A stretch of DNA of 64,000 nucleotides from Candidatus Latescibacterota bacterium (GCA_965222075.1 OZ244937.1:2368001-2432000); one strand, 5' to 3'; shown: positions 20,366 through 29,732, numbered from the stretch's first letter. Made by a program: numbers and translations. Notes: generated by a model not told the origin, from the sequence alone.

Positions 20366-20958
20366 AATAGCTCCCGACGCCCTTCCAAGGCCCGCGCCAG
20401 AGTAACCTGATCCGCCAGCGTTAAGTCGCTCCCAACCGGCAGCCCCCGGGCAATCTGGGTCACCTTTATGTTGAACGGTTCAAGACACTGCCCGATGTAC
20501 TGTGCCGTGGCATCTCCCTCCACCGTTGGACCGTTCGCCAGAACCACTTCCTTGATCTCGTTCTGTTTCAACCGCTCCAACAGCTCCTGAATGTGCAGAT
20601 CTTCGGGACCGATGCCGTCCAGTGGAGAAATCCGACCGTCTAAAACGTGGTACACTCCCCGATTGGTACTCGTCTGCTCAATGGCCAGGAGGTCTCCCAC
20701 ATAGTCGACCACCATCAACAGTGAGCGATCTCGGCGCGGATCCGAGCAGATCGGACACGGATCGCTCTCGGTCAGATTAAAACAGACCGAACACCGCCGG
20801 ACCGCCGTCTTCACCTCTACCATCATTTTCGCCAGCTCGCTGACCTTCTCCGTGTCCCAGGTCAGCATCTCCAGCGCAATCCGCCGGGCGGACTTGGCCC
20901 CGATGCCCGGCAGACGGTTCAAACCGGCAATCAACCTGTCGATGGCGTTTGAAGTCAA
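20362..20958 (-). CDS. recR: Recombination mediator RecR
   Basis: LPGIGAKSA, C4 Zn finger, YHVLDG, TVEGDATA, ARGLPVG. Confidence 0.96.
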   Translation of the reverse strand: MTSNAIDRLIAGLNRLPGIGAKSARRIALEMLTWDTEKVSELAKMMVEVKTAVRRCSVCFNLTESDPCPICSDPRRDRSLLMVVDYVGDLLAIEQTSTNRGVYHVLDGRISPLDGIGPEDLHIQELLERLKQNEIKEVVLANGPTVEGDATAQYIGQCLEPFNIKVTQIARGLPVGSDLTLADQVTLARALEGRRELL

Positions 20959-21017
20959 CCGTCCTTCTCCCCTATCTTTATCTCAATAAAGAGCGAAAAG
21001 CAGCAGCCACCGGAACC

Positions 21018-21350
21018 CTAAATCCCCAACCCCGGCACATTCATCCCCGGCGGGATCAACCCCGCCGTGGCCTTCTGCATCGCTTCTTCGGCCATCGCCT
21101 GTGCCTTTTCACGGGCCTGCTGGATCGCGGCCAGCACCAGATCCTCCAGCATCTCCACATCCTCCGGGTCCACCACTTCCGGGTCGATTTTGATCCCCAA
21201 AATCTCCTGACGCCCATTGGCTCTGACCACCACCATCCCGCCGCCGGCCGAACCTTCCACCTGCTTCTCTGCCAATCCCTCCTGCACCCTGGCCAGCTTT
21301 GCCTGGAGCTTCTGGGCCTGCCTCATCATCCCCGCCATACCCTTTGCCAT
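21018..21350 (-). CDS. ybaB: YbaB/EbfC nucleoid-associated protein
   Basis: MMRQAQKLQ...SAGGGMV...DVEMLEDLV; between dnaX and recR; ATG 21350. Confidence 0.95.
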   Translation of the reverse strand: MAKGMAGMMRQAQKLQAKLARVQEGLAEKQVEGSAGGGMVVVRANGRQEILGIKIDPEVVDPEDVEMLEDLVLAAIQQAREKAQAMAEEAMQKATAGLIPPGMNVPGLGI

Positions 21351-21384
21351 AACCACCGTCCTCCCGGGATGCTTCCCGCGCCGG

Positions 21385-21420
21385 CCTGCCTGCGCGTGCT
21401 GTCTCACGCACGCAGGCAGG
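21385..21420. repeat. REP-like palindrome CCTGCCTG...CAGGCAGG
   Basis: Intergenic hairpin; related copies at 28314-28346 and (partial) ~34105-34125. Confidence 0.65.
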
Positions 21421-21422
21421 GC

Positions 21423-23057
21423 CTACCGACGGAGAACCTCCCCATCAAAGATCCGGAGGGCCATCTGCACCCGTTCGTCCGCTTCGGCACGATCCTCATC
21501 CTCGGCTTGGGACGCCGCATCGCCATCCAGCCGGCACACCACCCGCAGCTTAGCCCCAAACAGCTTGGCTACCGCCGCTTCCACCGCCTCCCGGTTGCGG
21601 GTGACCTGATTGGCGTGAAACGTACTGCTCCGATCAAAAAAAACGTCCAGCTGACGACCTTTCAGCGCCCTGGGGCTTCCCGCTGCCAGAAACGTACCCA
21701 CCGAAATCTTCTGTGCCTTGACCCCCTGCACCAGCGCATCCCAGCCGGCCTGGACGGCCTTCAGCGTCACCTCGCCCCCCGTTGGGGGCTCCCGGTCCCG
21801 CGCCGCGGTTTCCGCTACGGGGGGCGCTGCCCTGGCCTCTTTCTGTGGGGGACTGCCTTTCCGATCCGGCTGCCGGGATCTTGTTGTTTCCCGGCCCTTT
21901 AAAAGCCCCTCCAGCCCCTCCAGCCGGCCCATCAGGTCCTCCAGCGCCACCGTCGAGGCCATCTTCACCAGCTTCATCACCGTCAGTTCCAGCCAGAATT
22001 GGGGTTCGGAGACGCGCCCTAAGTTAAGCTCAAGTTCGGAAACAATCTGGAGCATGCGAACCAGATCGTCCTCCTGAAAACGCCCGGCAAAGTCCACATA
22101 CCGCGCCCTGTCGGACTCCGGCAGACCCTCCCCTTCCATCCCCTCCGAAACGCGGGCCACCAGCAGGTGCCGGCCGTGCCCTAACAGCCCTTCGGTAAAC
22201 TCCCCCACATCCCCACCCTCTTCTATGACCCGGGCAACCACGTTCAGAGCGGCCGCCCCATCCCTGTCTAAGATCGCCTGCGTCAGTTCAAAATAAACGT
22301 CCCGGGGGATAATGCCCAGCAGATTCCTGGCGGCCTCTTCCGTAATCGCCCCTTCGGAAAAGGCCACGACCTGGTCCAGCAGGCTCAGCGCGTCTCTCAT
22401 CGCCCCATCGGCCTTCCGGGCGATCAGAAAAAGCGCCTCCTCCTGGGCTTCCAGGCTCTCCGCCTCCAAAATCGTTCGAAGCTGCGCCACAATCTGCTCG
22501 CTGGGAATCCGGCGGAAATTGTAGCGCTGGCACCGGGAGAGAATCGTCTCTGGCACCTTGTTGGACGCTGTGGTGGCAAATACGAAAACAACGTGCGGGG
22601 GGGGCTCCTCCAGCGTCTTGAGGAGGGCGTTAAAGGCCTCCGGCGTCAACATGTGGACTTCATCAATAATATAAACTTTCCGCTTCCCCTTGGAGGCCGC
22701 GTACCCCACTTCTTCTCGAAGCTGGCGGATCTCATCGATCCCCCGGTTGGACGCCCCGTCGACCTCCAGCACGTCAAAACTTTTGCCGTCTGCAATCGCC
22801 TTGCAGGAATCACACGCCCCGCAGGGATCCGGCGTGGGCCCCTCCTCGCAGTTGAGGGCCTTGGCCAGCAGCCGGGCCATGGTGGTCTTCCCCGTCCCAC
22901 GCGGGCCTGAAAAGAGATAGGCCTGAGCGACCCGGTCCGAGAGGATCGCATTTTGCAGGGTCTTCACAATGTGGTCCTGAGCGACAACGCGTCCAAACAC
23001 CTCCGGCCGCCACTCCCGGGCCATCACCCTGTAGACCTTGTGGGACATGGAATCCAC
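21423..23057 (-). CDS. dnaX: DNA polymerase III subunit gamma/tau
   Basis: GPRGTGKTT, DEVHML, NALLKTLEEPP, SRCQ. Confidence 0.97.
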   Translation of the reverse strand: MDSMSHKVYRVMAREWRPEVFGRVVAQDHIVKTLQNAILSDRVAQAYLFSGPRGTGKTTMARLLAKALNCEEGPTPDPCGACDSCKAIADGKSFDVLEVDGASNRGIDEIRQLREEVGYAASKGKRKVYIIDEVHMLTPEAFNALLKTLEEPPPHVVFVFATTASNKVPETILSRCQRYNFRRIPSEQIVAQLRTILEAESLEAQEEALFLIARKADGAMRDALSLLDQVVAFSEGAITEEAARNLLGIIPRDVYFELTQAILDRDGAAALNVVARVIEEGGDVGEFTEGLLGHGRHLLVARVSEGMEGEGLPESDRARYVDFAGRFQEDDLVRMLQIVSELELNLGRVSEPQFWLELTVMKLVKMASTVALEDLMGRLEGLEGLLKGRETTRSRQPDRKGSPPQKEARAAPPVAETAARDREPPTGGEVTLKAVQAGWDALVQGVKAQKISVGTFLAAGSPRALKGRQLDVFFDRSSTFHANQVTRNREAVEAAVAKLFGAKLRVVCRLDGDAASQAEDEDRAEADERVQMALRIFDGEVLRR

Positions 23058-23079
23058 TCCAGAGTGTAATGAAAGACAA

Positions 23080-23354
23080 GGCCGTGCACCCCGCTTTGAT
23101 CCTCCATTTCGGGGCGTTCAGAAAGCGCCAGCTCCCGCCAGGTTGCCCCACGGCACACGGGCCGCATTGCCTACCGCTGCTACCTTCCGGTCCTGACGGA
23201 GTTGAGCAAGGACCCGTTGCGCAGGACCTGACGATCCACACCGCCTTCTCTCTGAACCGCATCCCAAAATGAGCAACCTCAGACGTGGGAATTCGACCCC
23301 GCTACAGCGGATTGCGGGCTACAGGGCACCGCTACCTCCCCGTCTAGCACGACC
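23080..23354 (-). ncRNA. ffs: Large (Alu-domain) bacterial SRP RNA
   Basis: Minus strand GGGGAGGTAGCGGTGCCCTGT (Alu 5') ... TCAGGACCGGAAGGTAGCAGC (helix 8) ... GGTGCACGGCC; ~275 nt; upstream of dnaX. Confidence 0.92.
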
Positions 23355-23433
23355 TTGAAAAAGGTTTCAGTGGTCAGCCGACGGCGGTTGGTCTCAATTT
23401 TACTGACCACTGACGACCGAAGACTGTTTTTTC

Positions 23434-23509
23434 TGGTGGAGCAGATGGGATTTGAACCCACGACCTCCAGAGTGCGATTCTGGCGCTCTCCCAACTGAGC
23501 TACTGCCCC
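23434..23509 (-). tRNA. tRNA-Ala(CGC)
   Basis: GGGGCAGTAGCTCAG...CCAGA-AT-CGC-AC-TCTGG...TTCAAATCC...CCA. Confidence 0.95.
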
Positions 23510-23543
23510 ACAATGATCATTGAAAATTGCCAGGATTGAAGGT

Positions 23544-23634
<91 letters not shown>

Positions 23635-23727
23635 AGCGTATAAGTCACAAGTCAGGGTTCCCAACCCTTCTTGCGAGTGCCGATCTTGAACTTTTGACTT
23701 TAGACGCGTGACTCAAAACGCTTTTCT

Positions 23728-23817
<90 letters not shown>

Positions 23818-23831
23818 AAAGCTCAGACACT

Positions 23832-24323
23832 TCAGCGCCGCTTCTTGAAGAAGACCCTCAAAACCTCCCCACAGGCCTGCTCCAGAACTCCCCTTTGGAC
23901 CGCCACTTGATGGTTCAACCGGCGGTCCTCGACCACATTCCGAACCGATCCGCACGCCCCGGCTTTTGGATCCCATGCCCCGAACACCAGCCTGGGTATG
24001 CGGGCCAGAACCATCGCCCCGGCGCACATAGCACAGGGCTCTAAGGTGATGTAAATCGTGCACCCTTCCAGACGCCACGACCCCAGGTGCGCGGCTGCCT
24101 GCCGGATGGCCAGCATCTCGGCGTGGGCCGTGGGATCGTTGTCCTGCCGGGTTCGGTTGTGCCCACACCCCACCACCTCTTCCCCCCGCAAAATCACCGC
24201 CCCCACAGGCACCTCACCCCCCGCTTCCGCCACCTTCGCCTCGGCTAAGGCCAACCGCATGCCAGCTTCGTCTACATCCTGCAAAACAACCCCGATTTGG
24301 ACACGTACAGGGGCGCATTCCAT
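23832..24323 (-). CDS. tadA: tRNA adenosine(34) deaminase
   Basis: EVPVGAV, DPTAHAE, TLEPCAMC, DPKAGACGS. Confidence 0.95.
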   Translation of the reverse strand: MECAPVRVQIGVVLQDVDEAGMRLALAEAKVAEAGGEVPVGAVILRGEEVVGCGHNRTRQDNDPTAHAEMLAIRQAAAHLGSWRLEGCTIYITLEPCAMCAGAMVLARIPRLVFGAWDPKAGACGSVRNVVEDRRLNHQVAVQRGVLEQACGEVLRVFFKKRR

Positions 24324-24341
24324 ATCCTGAGAGAACTAACG

Positions 24342-24370
24342 AATATACCAATTTACCCCTGTTCAGTCAA
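24342..24370 (-). promoter_or_regulatory. Sigma70-type promoter for tadA/tRNA/ffs
   Basis: Minus strand TTGACT-17 nt-TATATT. Confidence 0.6.
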
Positions 24371-24448
24371 CCACTTTCCCGACCCCAAAAGCCGCCTAAC
24401 CCCTTGATCAGTTCGTGTAAAACACCCTCTTGCTCCCCTGAGATCCCA

Positions 24449-25750
24449 CTACAGCTTCGTGCAGAAAAACGGGATCAACATCTCCCTTTCGTGCAGCCCG
24501 CCGTGCCGCCCCCCCCGCAGGTGGGACGGCCTGGCCCCCTCTTTGTAGGGGTAAAAGAGCGTGTGGGCGTCTCGAAACAGCACCAGCAGCTCTCCGATCC
24601 GGCCCTGAAACTCGGAGCTGACCCGCCCCGGCCCCCATAGCCCCTCGCTCAGGGCATCCCCACACATCAGCACCAGCGCCCGATCTCCCAGGGCCACCCT
24701 GAGGTAGCCCTTCGCAGACGCCGCCCTTCCATCCCTCAGATACAGGTAGGCCGACCGCCCCGTTCCGGTCGGCGGCACAGCCAGCATTTTCCCCCATTTT
24801 GGAAATTTACGTATCGAAATCACGTCCTTCGGCTCGACCTGGATATGCCCGTGGTCTGACAGAAACATCAACGCGGCCCGTCCTCTGCCCGACCGTGCCC
24901 TGGGCCCCAAGAGTTCCCGTTGGAGGGAATAGGCCAGATTTCTCACCTCCGCTTCCGGCTCCTCCCCCAGCGTGCCGTAATGGTGCAGGATGGTGTCCAG
25001 CGCCCCCCAGTACGCCCAGATGCAGGCGGGTGTCTGTGGATCGGTCTCAAGCAATTTCCGAATCTGAACGAACAGGTCGGAAGAATTCACACAGGGGATA
25101 ACCTCCGTAGCCCCCTCATAATGCATCACCGAAAGCCCGCTCCGATGGATCGTATCCCGGATCAGACAGTACGACCGGACGCCCGCCCGGGCCAACCGTC
25201 GGTGCACGGTTGGCACCCCCAAAAGCGCCCGGGCAGCGCCCGGATGCTGCACCAACCGATTGGCACGCTCGTCTGCATCCGGACTCAATCGGATCATATT
25301 GGCCACCACGCCCCGCTCGGGAAGGTACATCCGGTAGCCCGCAATCCCGTGTCCAACCGGAGGCAGGCCCGTGTGCAGGGTGGTCAGCGCCACAGCCGTC
25401 GTAGAAGGAAACACCGACGTCAGCGGTGCAAACCGGCCCCGGCGCCTCAACTCGTTCAGACCAAGGCTGCGGTCCCCGGCCATCTGTGCCGACACCGCTA
25501 AGTACCCCAGGGCGTCCATAAGCATAACGACCAGCTTCCGGCATCCCTTTAATTCGTCCCCCACCACCTCAGGCGCCAGCGGCGGGGTTGGCACCCCCGA
25601 AACCCCAAAGTGGGCCAGCACCGTTGCCGGCACATTGGCCAGACTGTATCCACCATAAGCCGGCAGCACAAAATCGTCCGGCAGCGTCTCACCGGCCAGC
25701 GTACGTCTTTTCCGCAGACGCTTCAAAACGCCCTGGGCAACCCCTCTCAT
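24449..25750 (-). CDS. Alkaline phosphatase superfamily nucleotide pyrophosphatase/phosphodiesterase
   Basis: MDALG, SVFPSTTA (Thr nucleophile), DTILHHYG, SDHG, HGGL. Confidence 0.85.
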   Translation of the reverse strand: MRGVAQGVLKRLRKRRTLAGETLPDDFVLPAYGGYSLANVPATVLAHFGVSGVPTPPLAPEVVGDELKGCRKLVVMLMDALGYLAVSAQMAGDRSLGLNELRRRGRFAPLTSVFPSTTAVALTTLHTGLPPVGHGIAGYRMYLPERGVVANMIRLSPDADERANRLVQHPGAARALLGVPTVHRRLARAGVRSYCLIRDTIHRSGLSVMHYEGATEVIPCVNSSDLFVQIRKLLETDPQTPACIWAYWGALDTILHHYGTLGEEPEAEVRNLAYSLQRELLGPRARSGRGRAALMFLSDHGHIQVEPKDVISIRKFPKWGKMLAVPPTGTGRSAYLYLRDGRAASAKGYLRVALGDRALVLMCGDALSEGLWGPGRVSSEFQGRIGELLVLFRDAHTLFYPYKEGARPSHLRGGRHGGLHEREMLIPFFCTKL

Positions 25751-25828
25751 CGCACCTCCGATCCCAACAAACCATCCCCATCTCCAGGACAACCGATTGG
25801 CTGGTCGCCCCTTTTTTCGATTCGGACG

Positions 25829-26539
25829 CTACCCCCTGCACCGCCGCCGTTCAATCTCCTGGATCTTCCGCACCCCGTCCGCATACTTCCCCCCCTCAAA
25901 CGGCGTCGTCAGCCAGGTCGCCACAATCTCCCGCGCCACCGTATCCCCAACAGTCCCCACACCCAGACAGAGCACATTCGCATCCACGTGCGCCCGGGCA
26001 AACTTGGCCGACGTCACATCGTGGCAGGCTGTGGCCCGCACCCCCACCACCTTGTTGGCCACAATCGCGGACGGCCCCCCCGCACCGTCCGCCACGATCC
26101 CCGCCTCACAGCGTCCCTCCGCCACGGCCACCGCCACCTTTTCGGCCACCGCCTCACCCGCCCCGCAATCCACCACCTCCCGCCCCGCCCCCCGAAGCAT
26201 CCCCTTCAGCGCCTCCTTTAAGGCCTCCCCCCTCTGATCCGCCCCAACAGCAATCCCCCCCAACGTCCTTCCCGCCCCCGATCCACCCTCCTCCGCGTCC
26301 GTAACTTCAACCAGCGCGATCCCCTCCCGCCAGAGCGCATCCCGTGCCAGCGGCGTCACAATCCCCCCCTCACCCACCCGGATCTCCCTCCCCCCACGCG
26401 CCGCCGTCTCCACCACCAGTTCCTCGGTAACCAGCCGCACCGCAGGCTCGCCCCCCCAGTCCGCCGTCTCCTCCCCCGACAGCGCCTTCAGCCGCCGAAT
26501 CACCTCCACCACAATCCGTTCAATCAGCTCCCGATCCAT
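25829..26539 (-). CDS. RpiB/LacAB sugar-phosphate isomerase-like protein with ~90-aa N-terminal extension
   Basis: IAVGAD, ANKVVGVRA, ARAHVDANVLCLG, WLTTPFEGG; extension MDRELIERIVVEVIRRL...IVTPLARD. Confidence 0.85.
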   Translation of the reverse strand: MDRELIERIVVEVIRRLKALSGEETADWGGEPAVRLVTEELVVETAARGGREIRVGEGGIVTPLARDALWREGIALVEVTDAEEGGSGAGRTLGGIAVGADQRGEALKEALKGMLRGAGREVVDCGAGEAVAEKVAVAVAEGRCEAGIVADGAGGPSAIVANKVVGVRATACHDVTSAKFARAHVDANVLCLGVGTVGDTVAREIVATWLTTPFEGGKYADGVRKIQEIERRRCRG

Positions 26540-26570
26540 AGTCTCTCACCACACCCGTTTCAATTTTCTT

Positions 26571-27383
26571 TTACCCCTCCCCCAGCACCCGATTCAACCG
26601 ATCCGGATAATTCGTAATAACCCCCCCCACCCCCATCTCCACCATCTCCCGCATATCCTCTTCCCGGTCCACCGTCCACACCCAGAATCCCATCGCCCGG
26701 CTCAAAAAGACCTCCACCAGATCCGGCCGCGCCGCCGTGTATTTCAGCGACAGCGCATTCGCCCCCAGCTTCAACACCCGCTTTACCACCCCCGTCTTTC
26801 GGCGCAGGGCCGCTTCACTGCCCGTCATCAAAAACGCCGTTGGAATCCGCCGGTCCAGCCGGTTCACCACACGCACCGCCGTTCCCAGGAAAGACTGGAT
26901 CACCACGTAGGACTGTGCCCTAAAAGAGCGGACCACCGCAACCACGCGTTCTGCGGCCTCTTCGGTCTTTGCCTCCACCAGCAGCAGCGCCCGTTTGTCC
27001 ACCAGGTCCAGCACCTCCTCCAGCGTCGGGATCCGCTCCCCCCGAAACGGGGAACCGAACCAGCTCCCGGCATCCAGCCTCCGGATCTCACCCAGTGTCA
27101 GCATATCCACGGCCCCACTCCCGTCCGTGGTCCGGTCCACCGTCCGGTCGTGAATCGCCACCACGTGTCCGTCCGCCGTTAAGTGGATGTCGGTCTCCAC
27201 CAGATCCACGCCGACTTCAAGGGCCTTCTCCACCGCCGCCAGTGTGTTCTCCGGCCCCAGCCCAGCCCCGCCCCGATGGGCAATGCGCATCACCGGAGGC
27301 AGGGGCCTGGACACCGCCGCCCGCCGCCGCCCGATCCGTTTCGGTTTTCGACTCCGCGCCTTCCGACTCCGCATCGGTTTCAT
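26571..27383 (-). CDS. Glycerophosphodiester phosphodiesterase (GlpQ/UgpQ family)
   Basis: IAHRGG, PENTL, ETDIH, HDRTVDRTT, WTVD, ITNYP; start chosen downstream of the 27445-27473 promoter. Confidence 0.92.
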   Translation of the reverse strand: MKPMRSRKARSRKPKRIGRRRAAVSRPLPPVMRIAHRGGAGLGPENTLAAVEKALEVGVDLVETDIHLTADGHVVAIHDRTVDRTTDGSGAVDMLTLGEIRRLDAGSWFGSPFRGERIPTLEEVLDLVDKRALLLVEAKTEEAAERVVAVVRSFRAQSYVVIQSFLGTAVRVVNRLDRRIPTAFLMTGSEAALRRKTGVVKRVLKLGANALSLKYTAARPDLVEVFLSRAMGFWVWTVDREEDMREMVEMGVGGVITNYPDRLNRVLGEG

Positions 27384-27444
27384 ATTCGGCCAACATGTCT
27401 GAAAAACTGGATTTTGAACGCCACGGACAACCAGGAATGCGCCA

Positions 27445-27473
27445 AAAATAGACCATCTCCCCCATTTTGTCAA
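27445..27473 (-). promoter_or_regulatory. Sigma70-type promoter
   Basis: Minus strand TTGACA-17 nt-TATTTT. Confidence 0.55.
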
Positions 27474-27568
27474 GGACAATACCCCCAAAGCATCCAAACC
27501 GAAAGACCCCTCTCAAACCCACACCTGAAACCTGCAACCCGCTTCGCCTGCCATCCCCAATTTTATCC

Positions 27569-27597
27569 TTGACACCCCCCCCCCCTTATCGTATGTT
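27569..27597 (+). promoter_or_regulatory. tRNA-Asn promoter with poly-C spacer
   Basis: TTGACA-17 nt (C11 tract)-TATGTT. Confidence 0.7.
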
Positions 27598-27618
27598 TCC
27601 ACATACTGGACCTTATGT

Positions 27619-27694
27619 TCCGGCGTAGCTCAGTCGGCAGAGCAGGTGGCTGTTAACCACTGTGTCGCAGGTTCGAGTCCTGCCGCCGGAGCCA
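27619..27694 (+). tRNA. tRNA-Asn(GTT)
   Basis: TCCGGCG/CGCCGGA acceptor stem, CT-GTT-AA anticodon loop, GGTTCGAGTCC, GCCA. Confidence 0.96.
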
Positions 27695-27732
27695 ACTATC
27701 CATCGCCAACTTTGGCGATCCATTCGTTAACG

Positions 27733-27769
27733 CGAGACCCCGAGGGGCGATCCCTTCGGGGTCTTGTCG
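27733..27769 (+). terminator. Hairpin downstream of tRNA-Asn
   Basis: GAGACCCCGAGGGG...CCCTTCGGGGTCTT stem-loop. Confidence 0.6.
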
Positions 27770-27852
27770 CATCTGTTCTATTTCCAACTAAAAGAAAAAT
27801 CACCCACCCCCATTCAGGGTTGGGTGATGCACTCGGAGGTTGCGTTGTTTCT

Positions 27853-28155
27853 TCAAACGATGGAAACCACCAGGCTCAAATTTTCTTTTCGAAGCATATC
27901 TTGTAAGGCAAGCTGAACCCAGAAGCTTTCTGGCTCGCCAAGTTTTCTGGCGATTTCTGCTGCCCTGCCGGGGCTTGGAATTCTTCTCTCTTTTTCAATA
28001 TCACAAAGGCTTTGAGGCGAAATGCCCAAAAAAGTAGCAAATTCTCTCTGGTTTTTTTCTTCTCCCATGCGATAGCTTGCCAGGGCATTTCCAAAGGTAA
28101 GATATCCAAAGTCTTTCTCCAATTCAGGAATCCCATATTGTCCTTTAGTACTCAT
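27853..28155 (-). CDS. XRE/HigA-like HTH antitoxin (orphan)
   Basis: QREFATFLGISPQSLCDIEKERR HTH; upstream stub QEINKHEY* (28145-28171) overlaps its start. Confidence 0.8.
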   Translation of the reverse strand: MSTKGQYGIPELEKDFGYLTFGNALASYRMGEEKNQREFATFLGISPQSLCDIEKERRIPSPGRAAEIARKLGEPESFWVQLALQDMLRKENLSLVVSIV

Positions 28156-28269
28156 GTTTATTGATCTCCTGAAGCGGCTGCTTGGAAAATAGGCTTTATT
28201 TTCATCATTATGGGTGCCCCAAAGGGCGCATGACAACTGCTTAGAAAATAACCTTTCTTTTGCTCTTGG

Positions 28270-28560
28270 CCTTTTTCTTGTTCGCCCAAGAAAAAGGCCG
28301 AAAAAGAAGGGCGCCTGCCTGCGCGGCGCACCGCGCTGCAGGCAGGCCGCTCAAACGCCGCGGGGGCTGCTTTTCCGCGAATAGCCCCTGTGGTGGAAAC
28401 GGAAACTCCTGTCTGCCGTTCTGCCCTGCGGACCTTTGGGGCGTTGCTGGGCGATGGTGATGGACGGAACCGCGCGGAAAAGCCCACCCCCCTCATTACT
28501 CCCCCCTTGAGGGGGAGTCGGCAAGCCAGGCGCGCCGGTGGGGGGATCGCAGAGGCGACA
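28270..28560. repeat. Composite palindromic/MITE-like repeat
   Basis: TTTTCTTG..CGCCCAAGAAAAAGGCC.AAAAAGAAGGGCGCCTGCCTG recurs at ~34063-34120; hairpin ACTCCCCC-TTGA-GGGGGAGT at ~28498-28518. Confidence 0.6.
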
Positions 28561-28696
28561 GGACTCGTCGGCTGCGGTGACAACACGGCAGCCGGAGGAA
28601 CGTTACACGCCAGCCCAAGGCGATGCCCCATAAAGCATGCCCGTAGTCGGCTCTGATCCCTTGGCTGCAGATCAACTCACATGCATTGGAGGTGAG

Positions 28697-29155
28697 ATGA
28701 AAAAGCAATCGGAGGGGCTTTCTCACCGCGGATTGGCTGCGTCCTGTTTCAACAAGACCTGGGACTATCTGGGTAAGTCTGAACTCAGCGCCGAGGAAGC
28801 TGAAGAAATGATCCATGTGGCCCATGCTTCCTTCTGGCATTGGAATCAGGTTGAGGATCACACTCCGCTTAACATTTCTGTTGGGACCTGGCAGCTTTCT
28901 CGGGTTTACACAATGGCAGGACTTCCAGAGCGTGCTGAATACTTCGCACGGAGATGCATTGAAGTGAGTGAGAACAACAATCTGCCACCGTTCTATGTCG
29001 GCTACGGCTACGAGGCGAGTGCACGTGCGAAAGCTTTGCAGGGAGAGAAGCAGGAGGCACAGGATCTGATTGAGAGGGCAAAACGTCTTGCTGATCAAGT
29101 CCAGGAGAAGGATGACCAGCAGACGCTCCTTGACGACTTGAACAGTATTCTGTGA
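28697..29155 (+). CDS. Hypothetical alpha-helical protein
   Basis: GGAGG RBS; 152-aa ORF with FNKTWDYL, AHASFWHW, WQLSRVY; TPR-like helices. Confidence 0.7.
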   Translation: MKKQSEGLSHRGLAASCFNKTWDYLGKSELSAEEAEEMIHVAHASFWHWNQVEDHTPLNISVGTWQLSRVYTMAGLPERAEYFARRCIEVSENNNLPPFYVGYGYEASARAKALQGEKQEAQDLIERAKRLADQVQEKDDQQTLLDDLNSIL

Positions 29156-29385
29156 TCAGTAAACAGTGACTACTCAACGACTGCAAAGGCGTTGTGATTT
29201 TGCGGACCATTGGTGTCCCCATGACAGGGATTCAGCCACAAATGGGGCCGGCGTGTAACTGCGGACTTGCGTGCCCCACACATCCCTGACCACCCCACAG
29301 GCGTTTCGCGTACGGGGAAATCGTTATGCGGCATTTCCAGTGGCTGAATAGAGTGAGCATTCAGATGACCTTGTGAGGAATCTCG

Positions 29386-29732
29386 ATGATTGTCAAATCT
29401 GAAGCAGCAAAAGAGGCCAGCTTCGAAGGCCTTACGATTCGAGACTATACCCCGGATCACGACCGTAGTTCTTCATTGGCCACAGTCGAGGTGCCTCCCG
29501 GGGTGCAGCACCGAAAAGCACGGTCAACGCGTTCCGACAAATACTACTATGTGATTGAGGGGAAGATACACTTCACTTTGGGTGACGACGAAAACCACCT
29601 TGAAAGGGAGACTTCTGCCTGGTGCCAAAGGGAGTACATTTTGGGTACAGGAATGACACTCAAGTGATGGCGATCTTGTTGCTGTTCCATACCCCCAGCT
29701 TTGATTTATCGGCGGAGGTTTTCGAGGGTTGA
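29386..29732 (+). pseudogene. Cupin-domain protein, frameshifted
   Basis: Motif 1 (DKYYYVIEG) in one frame; motif 2 (GDFCLVPKGVHFGYRN...FHTPSFD) in the -1 frame after ~29605. Confidence 0.8.

Noticed and set aside
25588-27300. Pro-rich low-complexity ORFs and C-rich repeats on the plus strand
   Set aside because: They reflect G-rich codon usage of the minus-strand genes, not tandem repeats
29598-29612. Programmed frameshift in the cupin gene
   Set aside because: No in-frame X XXY YYZ heptamer or stimulator; a 1-nt deletion or sequencing error is more likely
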